In this document: positions 10,377 through 18,604 of the stretch, in pieces
Position numbering within the stretch: position 1 is the first letter of the stretch
Layout of the letters: each line of letters starts with the position of its first letter
From: Escherichia phage vB_EcoM_G2494
Sequence record: MK327935.1
Reading direction: 5' to 3' (one strand)
Length of the DNA stretch: 64,000 nucleotides
Position numbers and translations under genes: made by a program
The notes under the pieces: generated by a model
The model's database searches: none
Seen by the model: the letters and a program-made list of their open reading frames with translations, nothing else
What the model was told of the DNA's origin: nothing

Positions 10377-11197
10377 TTAGTCACCTCACCGAAAATTGTA
10401 AATTGTCTACGATTCTCATCGCCGAAAGATTCTACTACGTCGTTTACCTTGACGCAAGTCCCGCGCGGTAAAATTACTTCACATTCGCAAGGGTTCCATG
10501 CAATGGACCCAACAACAAAACCTTTATGATCTTTTACATCAATCACCCATGATACATTACAAGAATGTTGCATCTTTCCGGTCATTGATTCATATCGATT
10601 CTCACAATAAAGGCTAGTGCTGTTTGAAAGCCATCCTCCAAAGATGATCGGTGTCATGCTAGTAGATACAAAGTTTTTAAAGGTAAATTCCTTATCTTCA
10701 ATAATACGCTCTATTGTCTGAATGTCAAGATGTTGACCGCGATAAAGAGTACCGTTTAACTTTTCGGTTTTATCCATGACACAATCCATCAAATCAACAA
10801 TCTCTGATATCTCATCGGTCATGTCTTCTTCCCCTAAGAGAGCACCATTTACCCATTCGTATTGTTCAGACACATAATCACAGATTGCATTATATTCTGC
10901 TGGGGTTATGTTGTTATGTTTGTAATGTTTGAATACATTATCTCCAAAGTCTTCGGAGTGTACTTCATACATCACATTAATGATTTTCTTTACAAATCCA
11001 TAATCTTGTGTCTCGCGCTCAAGGAAGCGGATAACCTTCACATAATCATCAAAGTTAATCTGATCGCTGATCATTTCAGTGATCATGTAACCATTAATAC
11101 CATCAATGTCATATGTTTCGATGTAATTATCCATACGTTCCATCATTGATTCGCGTGATTCTTCCGAAAGACGAAAATCCTGTAATTTCTTGAACAT
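10373..11197 (-). CDS. Alt-like mono-ADP-ribosyltransferase paralog (R-S-ExE type)
   Basis: LYRGQ, FVSTSMTP, NPCECEVILPRG motifs parallel the Alt C-terminal catalytic domain. Confidence 0.7.
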   Translation of the reverse strand: MFKKLQDFRLSEESRESMMERMDNYIETYDIDGINGYMITEMISDQINFDDYVKVIRFLERETQDYGFVKKIINVMYEVHSEDFGDNVFKHYKHNNITPAEYNAICDYVSEQYEWVNGALLGEEDMTDEISEIVDLMDCVMDKTEKLNGTLYRGQHLDIQTIERIIEDKEFTFKNFVSTSMTPIIFGGWLSNSTSLYCENRYESMTGKMQHSCNVSWVIDVKDHKGFVVGSIAWNPCECEVILPRGTCVKVNDVVESFGDENRRQFTIFGEVTK

Positions 11198-11220
11198 TTT
11201 AAACCTCCCATATAACAGAA

Positions 11221-11250
11221 AACGGGGCTAGTATAAAACTAGTCCCCGTT
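11221..11250 (-). terminator. hairpin terminator after alt
   Basis: 12-bp stem AACGGGGCTAGT/ACTAGTCCCCGTT, loop ATAAA. Confidence 0.5.
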
Positions 11251-11275
11251 TGAGTCAACCATTATTTCTTAAAAA

Positions 11276-13327
11276 TTACATTTTAAATTTATCTGGCATT
11301 GCGTCTACCGATACCAGATCAGCGATAAGCTGACGTAGAGTTGCCTTATCTGCTTTCTTACGTTCGGTTTTAGCTTCGGTAATAAATCTGGAGAAAGACA
11401 GGTCAGAAGCAGGTTTAACAACACCTTCACGGATGAATGCATCACCGTCCGCGATCATCTCACCAGATTCTTGTAATGCTGCCAGTTCATTTTTGTTCAT
11501 AATATGTGCCTCAATGTAATAAGTTTCTTGTGAATCCGTCGATGCCGTAGCACGAGTTACCGTATCAAAGGATAACACAACACCGCGAGGAAGTAAAATC
11601 TCGCATTCTTTGTAAGCAAATGCTTTGTTACCTACTGGCAACACAGGGATGTTTTCCGCGCCAGCAATGGAGAAAGCAACATTAGCGCCACCTTCACCGC
11701 GAGAGCCAGCCATAGAATCAACACCAGCAACGGCACTAGCCACGTTTGCATTCCAGCCGCCAAAAATGTTAGGTGCAAGGGAAGTGCTCACATAGTTTTT
11801 AAAGTAAAACGCTTTTTGCTTACGTGCAGTTTCCCACATTTGCGACCGGAAGTCCATACCACGATACAGAATAGTACCCGGATCAAGTTTAACGCCATAG
11901 TTGGAGAAGGCATTATCCAGTGCATCACACATCTTGACCAATTCTTCTGGATCTGCGATGCCTTCAAACTCTTCCAGCTTACGGTCGGTTAGGAAGTTGT
12001 TCATATTGATGTATGCTGCATCGGCATATTCGCTCAACACAAAACCTTCCGCGCCTGGCAGATCAAGATCAATATTTGCCATCATTTCACCCATGTTGCT
12101 AGCAATTGCTTCAAACATACCGGAAGCAACATTACGTAGGGCATCGGTTTTAATCTGGGTGATATGACTACGCAGCATTTCAGCTTTTACATCTGCTGGC
12201 ATAGACTGGTCTACTCGATCCATTGCCAGGGCGGTGATCTTGTTTTCGAATACTTCCTCGCTCATGATTTCTTTTAAGCGTTTGATTGATGCTGCGATAA
12301 CTTCCGCAGACAACGGATCATATTGATCCTGAACTTTTACCAGTTCGCTTACTGCGTATTTTGCATCGGCTTCGCTTTCAAAAATAGTACGCATGAAACC
12401 ATAGCGAGTGATAATATCACTTGTCCATTCATTCAGAGAACGGGCGGTTGAACGTTCTAAGGCTTGACGATCAATCAGAGTATTAAACTGTTTCTTAGGT
12501 TCGGCTTCGGTGATATCTTCTTCCGGTTTAAGATTAATTTTTTCTGGATGATTCACATAGTCGCTGTTATAGGTCGCTTGAGTTTTCAGCATTTCTTCTT
12601 TAGTCAAACGAGATTTAGCCGCTACGCGTTGTTCCGCTTCCGCGTTTCGTTCTTCTTCTGACACCAGACTAGCCGCATACGCCTCATCTTTAGTCAGAGA
12701 TTCACCAGTAGCCTTAGATACCCAGCGATCACCTAAATCACTTTCTACTTTAGTGAACAAGGAATCATCAAGTTTAATCCCTTTAATCTTATCAATCGCC
12801 ATACCGCGACGTTTGACAACAACTAAAGCGATCTTTTTGCTGGTCATTACTTCCTGCTGGAATACTTCAAACTTCGGTGTACGACGCACCAAACGCTCTA
12901 TAACGCGCTTAACCAGTTCGGTCTTACCTTTCATGCGGGATACGTTAAAACGGAACATAACAGCGTCTAATTGCGCTTTACGGGCTGTTTCCATAACCAC
13001 ATCAAAAGCACTTGCCATAACTGCAATCGGGTTATCGCCTAGACCATTTTTAAGCTGTACAATACGACCGCTTTTGTTCATTTCGCACAGTACAACATGT
13101 GCGGTCTTGTCACCCATACGAATGATTTTAGGTGTTTTGTTGGTGAAGTTACAAAGACGGACAATCACATCTTTATCGCGTGTCTGTACTGCAAAAAGCT
13201 GTTTAGGATTCTGCTTAGGCTTTAAGCACTGTACCGGAGCAATACTGCCAAAGTTTTCTTCCTCTTCCGTCAACAGCCATTTCTCGAAAGATTCAATCAT
13301 TAGATCGTCGATTTCTAAGTTAAACAT
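11276..13327 (-). CDS. alt: Alt ADP-ribosyltransferase (virion-packaged)
   Basis: 683 aa (T4 Alt 682); ILYRGMDFRS, YVSTSLAP, ECEILLPRG catalytic motifs. Confidence 0.85.
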   Translation of the reverse strand: MFNLEIDDLMIESFEKWLLTEEEENFGSIAPVQCLKPKQNPKQLFAVQTRDKDVIVRLCNFTNKTPKIIRMGDKTAHVVLCEMNKSGRIVQLKNGLGDNPIAVMASAFDVVMETARKAQLDAVMFRFNVSRMKGKTELVKRVIERLVRRTPKFEVFQQEVMTSKKIALVVVKRRGMAIDKIKGIKLDDSLFTKVESDLGDRWVSKATGESLTKDEAYAASLVSEEERNAEAEQRVAAKSRLTKEEMLKTQATYNSDYVNHPEKINLKPEEDITEAEPKKQFNTLIDRQALERSTARSLNEWTSDIITRYGFMRTIFESEADAKYAVSELVKVQDQYDPLSAEVIAASIKRLKEIMSEEVFENKITALAMDRVDQSMPADVKAEMLRSHITQIKTDALRNVASGMFEAIASNMGEMMANIDLDLPGAEGFVLSEYADAAYINMNNFLTDRKLEEFEGIADPEELVKMCDALDNAFSNYGVKLDPGTILYRGMDFRSQMWETARKQKAFYFKNYVSTSLAPNIFGGWNANVASAVAGVDSMAGSRGEGGANVAFSIAGAENIPVLPVGNKAFAYKECEILLPRGVVLSFDTVTRATASTDSQETYYIEAHIMNKNELAALQESGEMIADGDAFIREGVVKPASDLSFSRFITEAKTERKKADKATLRQLIADLVSVDAMPDKFKM

Positions 13328-13369
13328 TTTATATCCTCTAGTTGATAACCTATAAACCTATATTTATGA

Positions 13370-13399
13370 AAACGGGGCTTAACGCCCCCTTTTTATTAT
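13370..13399. terminator. hairpin GGGGCTTAACGCCCC with flanking T-run
   Basis: 5-bp GC stem plus CTTTTTATTAT; same hairpin recurs at 17933-17947. Confidence 0.4.
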
Positions 13400-13608
13400 A
13401 ATGCACCATCGAGCAATTGCTCTAAGGTGTATCCTGAATAGTCTTTTTCAATCAGGATATATTTTCCTACTCGTTTAATACAACCGCGCATTTCAACGTA
13501 TTCTGCGTAGTTGATGGTACGAGTTGTTCCATCTTCCAGTAATGCAGTACCGATTTCGTTAATGCGGTCATAAGTTACGTCGGTAATGATGATTTCGATG
13601 TTAGCCAT
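13396..13608 (-). CDS. hypothetical early protein (70 aa)
   Basis: ORF with RBS, own promoter cassette upstream. Confidence 0.55.
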   Translation of the reverse strand: MANIEIIITDVTYDRINEIGTALLEDGTTRTINYAEYVEMRGCIKRVGKYILIEKDYSGYTLEQLLDGAL

Positions 13609-13644
13609 TTGATACTCCTTAGTAGTTCGTTTCTGTATGTGTGT

Positions 13645-13673
13645 ATTATGATATACACCCTCTGTTATGTCAA
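13645..13673 (-). promoter_or_regulatory. sigma70-like early promoter (TTGACA-17-CATAAT)
   Basis: minus-strand TTGACA at 13673-13668, 17-bp spacer, CATAAT at 13650-13645. Confidence 0.6.
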
Positions 13674-13679
13674 CAACTT

Positions 13680-13859
13680 TTAGAACATTTTTGAAATTAA
13701 TTCTGCTTTGATTTCGCAGAGAACATCTAAAGATTTCTCGTCACCCGCTTTTGCTGCTTCTGCTTGCATTTTTGAAATGGCTTCAATCTCAGTGCAATTA
13801 TAAGCCGCTTGAACTTTAGCGATTGCGAGGATTGCCGATTCGATGGTTAAGTGTTTTAT
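13680..13859 (-). pseudogene. small ORF (~59 codons) with ATA in the start-codon position (decayed start or AUA initiation)
   Basis: cassette RBS GGAGAATCAAAC followed by ATA where paralogous cassettes have ATG; first in-frame ATG leaves only 29 codons. Confidence 0.35.
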
Positions 13860-13891
13860 GTTTGATTCTCCTTTCGTTTCGGTATGTGTGT

Positions 13892-13920
13892 ATTATAGGG
13901 GATCGATGATCCCCTGTCAA
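13892..13920 (-). promoter_or_regulatory. sigma70-like early promoter with palindromic spacer
   Basis: TTGACA, spacer GGGGATCATCGATCCCC (17 bp, inverted repeat), TATAAT. Confidence 0.65.
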
Positions 13921-13928
13921 CAACTTTT

Positions 13929-14447
13929 TTAGTTATTTTTTAATTGCTCATCTTGCAATAGGGCAATCACATGCTGGCGATGTTCTTCCGATTGAGGCAC
14001 ACCGAAAAAGTTTGTTTTGTAGAAATACTCTAATCGGTCTTCTCGTGTGCTCTCTTCCATCATGATCGCGGGTAGTCCGAGATTTCGGAAACGTCGCTTT
14101 TCTGCTGGCGTAAAATCACTGTAATACATCATAGAATCATCATTACCAGCAATGCTAAACTCATCCTTCATGAAGGAGAATATTGCGTTTAAACGCTGTT
14201 TACCGTCCACGATTTCGATCTCATAGCGAGAGCCATCATCAATCTTAGCCATTGCGATAGCACCAACCGGAAAATCATTAATCAGGTTTTCGATAAACAT
14301 ACGTTTGTTTTCGGTGTCCCATACTAAAGGACGCTGATAATCTGGGTTCATGTTGATATAGCCATCTTCTAACCATGCATCATAAACAGAGATGACAAAG
14401 TTTTTAGTATTGGTATAGTAACGGCGTTTAGGCGTTAAACGGTTCAT
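13929..14447 (-). CDS. DUF262 / ParB-like (GmrS-like N-terminal domain) protein
   Basis: NPDYQRPLVW and VDGKQRL motifs; ATG at 14447 with AGGAG RBS (ORF track start 14483 over-extends). Confidence 0.65.
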   Translation of the reverse strand: MNRLTPKRRYYTNTKNFVISVYDAWLEDGYINMNPDYQRPLVWDTENKRMFIENLINDFPVGAIAMAKIDDGSRYEIEIVDGKQRLNAIFSFMKDEFSIAGNDDSMMYYSDFTPAEKRRFRNLGLPAIMMEESTREDRLEYFYKTNFFGVPQSEEHRQHVIALLQDEQLKNN

Positions 14448-14448
14448 G

Positions 14449-14778
14449 TTATAGTCTCCTGAATGGATCATCACGTAAATCAATATCTTTTAAGAACTCA
14501 TCCCATGAATGGCGGATATTGTTCTTAATTCTCCAGATAAGAGCAGGGATTGAACGCTCTCCCATCTGGAAGTATGGATCATATGATCCGTATGCCCAAT
14601 ATGCTACTACAATTCCACAATCAGCGCAATAGTATTCTATTTCACTTGCTGGCGACAAAAGTCCATCAATATGATCGGTGATCTTGCTTTCGATGTTATG
14701 GCTATGACAATCAGGGCAACGGATGCAATGACCTTGTTTATCGTAATTTGATGTTAGTGAATACTTAAACAATCTCAT
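14449..14778 (-). CDS. Zn-ribbon protein
   Basis: CIRCPDCHSH...YYCADCG (two CxxC pairs). Confidence 0.55.
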   Translation of the reverse strand: MRLFKYSLTSNYDKQGHCIRCPDCHSHNIESKITDHIDGLLSPASEIEYYCADCGIVVAYWAYGSYDPYFQMGERSIPALIWRIKNNIRHSWDEFLKDIDLRDDPFRRL

Positions 14779-15494
14779 TATAGATCCTTATTTGCTTCAA
14801 ATACTGCCTTTGCGAATCCTCGCGGGGTAAGTGACCTTATAGTCTTTGTTTTCGTTCCTTTCCCGCCTAGCTTAGAATGCTGTTTACTGTACCCTTTATT
14901 AATCTGCAACGGTTTCTTTTCTGGCATTATAAAGCCTTGTCCGGTCCATAAGCAAGTCTTTTTTGGGTACATATCACGGGCGGCAATATACTCAGGAAAC
15001 GTAGGATGCTTATCATCTTCCGGCAAATAACCGCCATATTCCCACGGATGGAACATATAATCAGGCTTACGCCACATGCTAGAGATAACGCTTACAGGAT
15101 TCTCTATCATGTAGGGAACTCCTAGCCATTCACCCAAATAAGCGGTTATTTTGGCTGCCCTTACATCATGAACTTGAATCAATGGTCCTTGTTCTCGTTT
15201 CTTTCGTTCAAAGTGCGCAGCGCCACTAACAGCTAAATTGGTGCATGGTGGGAATGCAAAGATAATATCCGGTTTCCCCCATTCAAGGTCCATTGCTCTT
15301 TCTAGCCAGTTAAAATCAATCCATGTGTTTACATAGGTAATGTTTGGATGTTCAAATCTGGTATTATACTTTTTGTATGTTCCGTGGTCGCCATCGTCAG
15401 CATTAAAGCAGATCACCTTATGACCTGCTTTAGCCCATTCTAACCCCATTATCCCCGATCCGTCAAAGTTACAGAATATTAATTTTTGTTTCAT
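14778..15494 (-). CDS. DNA cytosine-5 methyltransferase-like protein
   Basis: FDGSG (motif I-like), FPPCT (PC motif IV), IENP (ENV motif VI-like); 238 aa. Confidence 0.45.
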   Translation of the reverse strand: MKQKLIFCNFDGSGIMGLEWAKAGHKVICFNADDGDHGTYKKYNTRFEHPNITYVNTWIDFNWLERAMDLEWGKPDIIFAFPPCTNLAVSGAAHFERKKREQGPLIQVHDVRAAKITAYLGEWLGVPYMIENPVSVISSMWRKPDYMFHPWEYGGYLPEDDKHPTFPEYIAARDMYPKKTCLWTGQGFIMPEKKPLQINKGYSKQHSKLGGKGTKTKTIRSLTPRGFAKAVFEANKDL

Positions 15495-15736
15495 ATACGC
15501 CCCTTTAATCCAACACAGATTTTAGAAGGTTCTTTGCCGTGCCACATTAAGTAAAGTCCGTTAATGCGGCCTTGTTTTGTATATGATTCTTTTCTGATCT
15601 TCTTATAGTGTCGTGCTTCCTCAGCCGATTGTTTAGAATACCAATCATAAAGGAAGAGGCACAAAGGCCACCCATTAGCGGCCTTAATGCAGTTATTAAG
15701 AAATTCCTTATTGCGTTTAATTAATTTTCTTTTCAC
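15491..15736 (-). CDS. hypothetical early protein (81 aa)
   Basis: ORF overlapping neighbours in operon. Confidence 0.5.
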   Translation of the reverse strand: MKRKLIKRNKEFLNNCIKAANGWPLCLFLYDWYSKQSAEEARHYKKIRKESYTKQGRINGLYLMWHGKEPSKICVGLKGRI

Positions 15737-15984
15737 GCTGCCCCCATTGGTTTGATAGTAACAGAATCTAAAAGACCTTTGTTAGCCAGTTCGCGGCAAG
15801 TTTTCAGATCCGCAACTTCCCAGCCAGCCGCAATCAGGTTATCAATGAGGCTGTTAGCAACTTCTTCGCTCATGAAAGAGCACTGTTTGCCGATGGTGTA
15901 GCGTACACGCTGTAATTTCAGTTTACGGAAGCCTTTAACGTTCAGGTCTTTAGCGATTTTCTTTGCGGTTTCGATGTTAGCCAT
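15733..15984 (-). CDS. hypothetical early protein (83 aa)
   Basis: ORF behind promoter cassette; N-terminus MANIE shared with 13396-13608 gene. Confidence 0.55.
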   Translation of the reverse strand: MANIETAKKIAKDLNVKGFRKLKLQRVRYTIGKQCSFMSEEVANSLIDNLIAAGWEVADLKTCRELANKGLLDSVTIKPMGAA

Positions 15985-16024
15985 TGTTTGATTCTCCTAA
16001 GTGGTATCTCGTCTTGATGGTTGT

Positions 16025-16053
16025 ATTGTAGGGGAGTTATCCTCCCCTGTCAA
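16025..16053 (-). promoter_or_regulatory. sigma70-like early promoter
   Basis: TTGACA, spacer GGGGAGGATAACTCCCC, TACAAT. Confidence 0.55.
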
Positions 16054-16067
16054 CACTTTTTATAAAA

Positions 16068-16235
16068 TTATTTGTTAATTTCCGGTGCGTTGCTTGGATA
16101 GTAACCTTCTTTAACACCCAGGTATTTCGCAACCATCCCTACAATCTTCTGTGCTACTACAATGTCAAATTTCAGATAATCTTCGCCGTGGGTTTCAATG
16201 ATATATGCTTCACATGCTGCTTTAGTCTCGAACAT
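16068..16235 (-). CDS. small early protein (55 aa), copy 1 of duplicated gene
   Basis: ATG with cassette RBS; about 85 percent nt identity by eye to 19861-20028. Confidence 0.55.
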   Translation of the reverse strand: MFETKAACEAYIIETHGEDYLKFDIVVAQKIVGMVAKYLGVKEGYYPSNAPEINK

Positions 16236-16268
16236 TTTGATTCTCCTATTTCGTTTCGTTATGTGTGT

Positions 16269-16297
16269 ATTATAGGGGATCTCCCGATCCCCGTCAA
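16269..16297 (-). promoter_or_regulatory. sigma70-like early promoter
   Basis: TTGACG, 17-bp palindromic spacer, TATAAT. Confidence 0.55.
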
Positions 16298-16310
16298 CAA
16301 CTTTTTAAAA

Positions 16311-16784
16311 TTATTTGCACCAAATTCGAATGATTTCGTCTCGTTCAAATTTTTGCCAGATTACTCGGTCGCCCGCTGCCATAATCCTGACAAATCCAGT
16401 TATATTTCCGGTGTACTTGCTTTTAGTTTCTGCATCATATTCAAAGAATGGAGCTTTAAGATCGCTAAACTCATCTTTTCCCACAAACTTCATAACATGA
16501 CGGTGTGCGTAATATTCGCTTCTTAGTGTTGTTGTGATAGTTCCGTCATCATTTGATTTCAGATGCAATTCGGCATCTTCATAAAGACTTGCATCTCGTT
16601 GTTTACTTTCGATACCATCATTATATGTTGATTTGGTTGCACTCCAACATTGATATGTCTTATCTACATTTTCGATCTTTTCCTGTGTCATGTCAAAAAG
16701 CGGCGCAACCTTTTTCTTAGCCGCGTGCGCAACGTTGGTCATAGACAGTGCCGCAACAACCGCAATAGCAATAATTTTCTTCAT
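16311..16784 (-). CDS. secreted/periplasmic protein (157 aa)
   Basis: N-terminal signal peptide MKKIIAIAVVAALSMTNVAHA. Confidence 0.6.
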   Translation of the reverse strand: MKKIIAIAVVAALSMTNVAHAAKKKVAPLFDMTQEKIENVDKTYQCWSATKSTYNDGIESKQRDASLYEDAELHLKSNDDGTITTTLRSEYYAHRHVMKFVGKDEFSDLKAPFFEYDAETKSKYTGNITGFVRIMAAGDRVIWQKFERDEIIRIWCK

Positions 16785-16845
16785 AATATCATCTCCTTTG
16801 GTTTATATGGCGGGAGTATCTTAGCAATACTCCCTTAATACTATA

Positions 16846-17127
16846 TTATTCGTGATTAGTTTCGATGTTGTGCATTTTGCACCAGTTCAGCCAATCGCCC
16901 AGATCTTGATAGTTGATGCTTTTATCTGCTGCCATCGTTTTTGTCTTGATACCCATATGTGCGTTATGAGTAAGCATTTTTACAGTGAACTCAATTTTAT
17001 CACCTTTAGCTTTAACATCAACCAGTTTGGTCCACTGGCTACCAGCGCCGCGAATGTTCATACCAACGATGTTTCCGATGTATGCTTCTTTGTTTTTCAG
17101 GATTTCGGTTGCTTTGATGAATTTCAT
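16846..17127 (-). CDS. hypothetical early protein (93 aa)
   Basis: ORF with cassette RBS and promoter. Confidence 0.55.
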   Translation of the reverse strand: MKFIKATEILKNKEAYIGNIVGMNIRGAGSQWTKLVDVKAKGDKIEFTVKMLTHNAHMGIKTKTMAADKSINYQDLGDWLNWCKMHNIETNHE

Positions 17128-17160
17128 TTTTGATTCTCCAGTTCGTTTCGGTATGGGTGT

Positions 17161-17189
17161 ATTATGCTATGTTCTTACTTTGGTGTCAA
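17161..17189 (-). promoter_or_regulatory. sigma70-like early promoter
   Basis: TTGACA-17-CATAAT. Confidence 0.55.
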
Positions 17190-17197
17190 CAACTTTT

Positions 17198-17467
17198 TTA
17201 GATATTTTCAGAAATAAATTTTAAAACTTGACGTAAATGTTTCTCGTCTTTGATAGTCGCCGGAAGTTCTTCTTTTACTTCCTGTGCAAGATAGATATTT
17301 CCGTTCCAAGTGAAAGATCCGTCTTCGTTTACGCGATAGCTGAACATCCACTCGCAATCATTTTCGATTTCATATACACACAGAAGGGTGTAATCTTCAA
17401 AGCTATTGATTTCAAGGTCGAAGCCGTGACGTTTTGCAAAGTTGGTAGTGGTTTTAGTCAGTGCCAT
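17198..17467 (-). CDS. hypothetical early protein (89 aa)
   Basis: ORF; 32-bp upstream leader identical to that of 15733-15984. Confidence 0.55.
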   Translation of the reverse strand: MALTKTTTNFAKRHGFDLEINSFEDYTLLCVYEIENDCEWMFSYRVNEDGSFTWNGNIYLAQEVKEELPATIKDEKHLRQVLKFISENI

Positions 17468-17507
17468 TGTTTGATTCTCCTAAGTGGTATCTCGTTTCGA
17501 TGTGTGT

Positions 17508-17536
17508 ATTATGCTATAGGCGTGATCTGGTGTCAA
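17508..17536 (-). promoter_or_regulatory. sigma70-like early promoter
   Basis: TTGACA-17-CATAAT. Confidence 0.55.
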
Positions 17537-17559
17537 TGCCTTTTTTAAAATTTTATGCA

Positions 17560-17592
17560 ATAAAAAAGCCGACACTAAGGTCGGCTAATAAA
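17560..17592 (-). terminator. rho-independent terminator
   Basis: stem GCCGAC/GTCGGC flanked by A6 and T-run. Confidence 0.55.
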
Positions 17593-17593
17593 A

Positions 17594-17902
17594 TCATTTA
17601 GACAAATAATCATTCTGTGCAATCCGGTCGGCGTATGCTGGTGTTATGTCAATCGCCAGCACTTTAACGCGTGCTTTCTTGCGACCTGGGTTTTCTCGTA
17701 ACCAGTGCTCATGACCGTGAACATTTTTATACTGCGATGCTTCTTCGAAGGTACGGATCGGACCTGGGTAATCAGCGTAAAGGATCTCTAGATCTTCGGT
17801 GATGTAAAAATATACATCGTAATTGCTGTTCTCTAGCTTAAGCAGAGACTTTCGGAACATTGGGAGATTTTCGCGGGTAAATTCAAAGATATTATCTTTC
17901 AT
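17594..17902 (-). CDS. HxHW-motif small protein family member a
   Basis: YDVYFYITEDLEILYADY...HGHEHW...VLAIDI. Confidence 0.6.
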   Translation of the reverse strand: MKDNIFEFTRENLPMFRKSLLKLENSNYDVYFYITEDLEILYADYPGPIRTFEEASQYKNVHGHEHWLRENPGRKKARVKVLAIDITPAYADRIAQNDYLSK

Positions 17903-17926
17903 AGTATTATCCTCAATAGTTGGATG

Positions 17927-17950
17927 AAAAGGGGGGCTTAACGCCCCGTA
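17927..17950 (-). terminator. hairpin GGGGCTTAACGCCCC (copy 2)
   Basis: same stem-loop as 13374-13388; follows stop of 17953 gene. Confidence 0.4.
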
Positions 17951-17952
17951 TA

Positions 17953-18240
17953 TTAAAACAGTCCTTCCTGTACACCGTAGTAGAGTTCATCGCTGATAAT
18001 TTCATTAATGCGACGGTGTGCATATTCCTGATTTGCGAAGTTGTCAGCAAGTTCTACTTTAGTTTCGCCGTCATGAGTCCATTTAGTGATAACTTTACCA
18101 TCTGCAAATTTGAAGTTGAACTCTTTAGCTACCGCATCGCGTACCAGACGTGCAAACTTATTGTTGCGGATTGCATTGTCGGTTTCGTGTTCAGCGTGAG
18201 CGAATTTGTTAACTTTCAGAGTGATAGTAATGTATGCCAT
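17953..18240 (-). CDS. hypothetical early protein (95 aa), paralog of 21518-21829
   Basis: shared VAKEFNFKF / LAKEFNTKI segment. Confidence 0.55.
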   Translation of the reverse strand: MAYITITLKVNKFAHAEHETDNAIRNNKFARLVRDAVAKEFNFKFADGKVITKWTHDGETKVELADNFANQEYAHRRINEIISDELYYGVQEGLF

Positions 18241-18286
18241 AATTTGATTCTCCTAGTTAGAAAGTGTATCTCGTTTCGATGGGTGT

Positions 18287-18315
18287 ATTATGCTATACAC
18301 CCGATCTTATGTCAA
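18287..18315 (-). promoter_or_regulatory. sigma70-like early promoter
   Basis: TTGACA-17-CATAAT. Confidence 0.55.
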
Positions 18316-18321
18316 CACTTT

Positions 18322-18600
18322 TTATAAAATAATTTTTTGATATTTTTCTATGATGTTTGTGTAGGTCACATCAACCGCGAGCACCGTTGCTTCGAATCCA
18401 CCGTTTAGCCAATGGCTATGATCGTGATCGTTAAAGAAACCGAGGCCAGTGCGAAGACCTTCTTTATATTCGGCGCGTACATTCAGTTTGTCGTCGATAA
18501 ACAGATAAAACCATGAATTTTTACTAGGATTGATGATACAACCTTTCAGATTAGGGAGAATATCACGACTAAGAATAAACTTATCACCTACTTTGAACAT
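18322..18600 (-). CDS. HxHW-motif family member b
   Basis: WFYLFIDDKLNV...DHDHSHW...VLAVDV; ATG at 18600 with GAGGA RBS. Confidence 0.6.
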   Translation of the reverse strand: MFKVGDKFILSRDILPNLKGCIINPSKNSWFYLFIDDKLNVRAEYKEGLRTGLGFFNDHDHSHWLNGGFEATVLAVDVTYTNIIEKYQKIIL

Positions 18601-18604
18601 AATA

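Noticed and set aside
12753-13355. Plus-strand ORFs (200 aa here, and 88 and 65 aa ORFs at 11901-12661) inside the alt coding region
   Set aside because: Fully embedded antisense to a well-supported 683-aa gene; shadow ORFs.
16800-16840. Palindrome GGGAGTATTGCTAAGATACTCCC upstream of the 16311-16784 gene, considered as a promoter
   Set aside because: No TTGACA-like -35 at the right spacing and no T-run for a terminator; left as an unassigned RNA hairpin.
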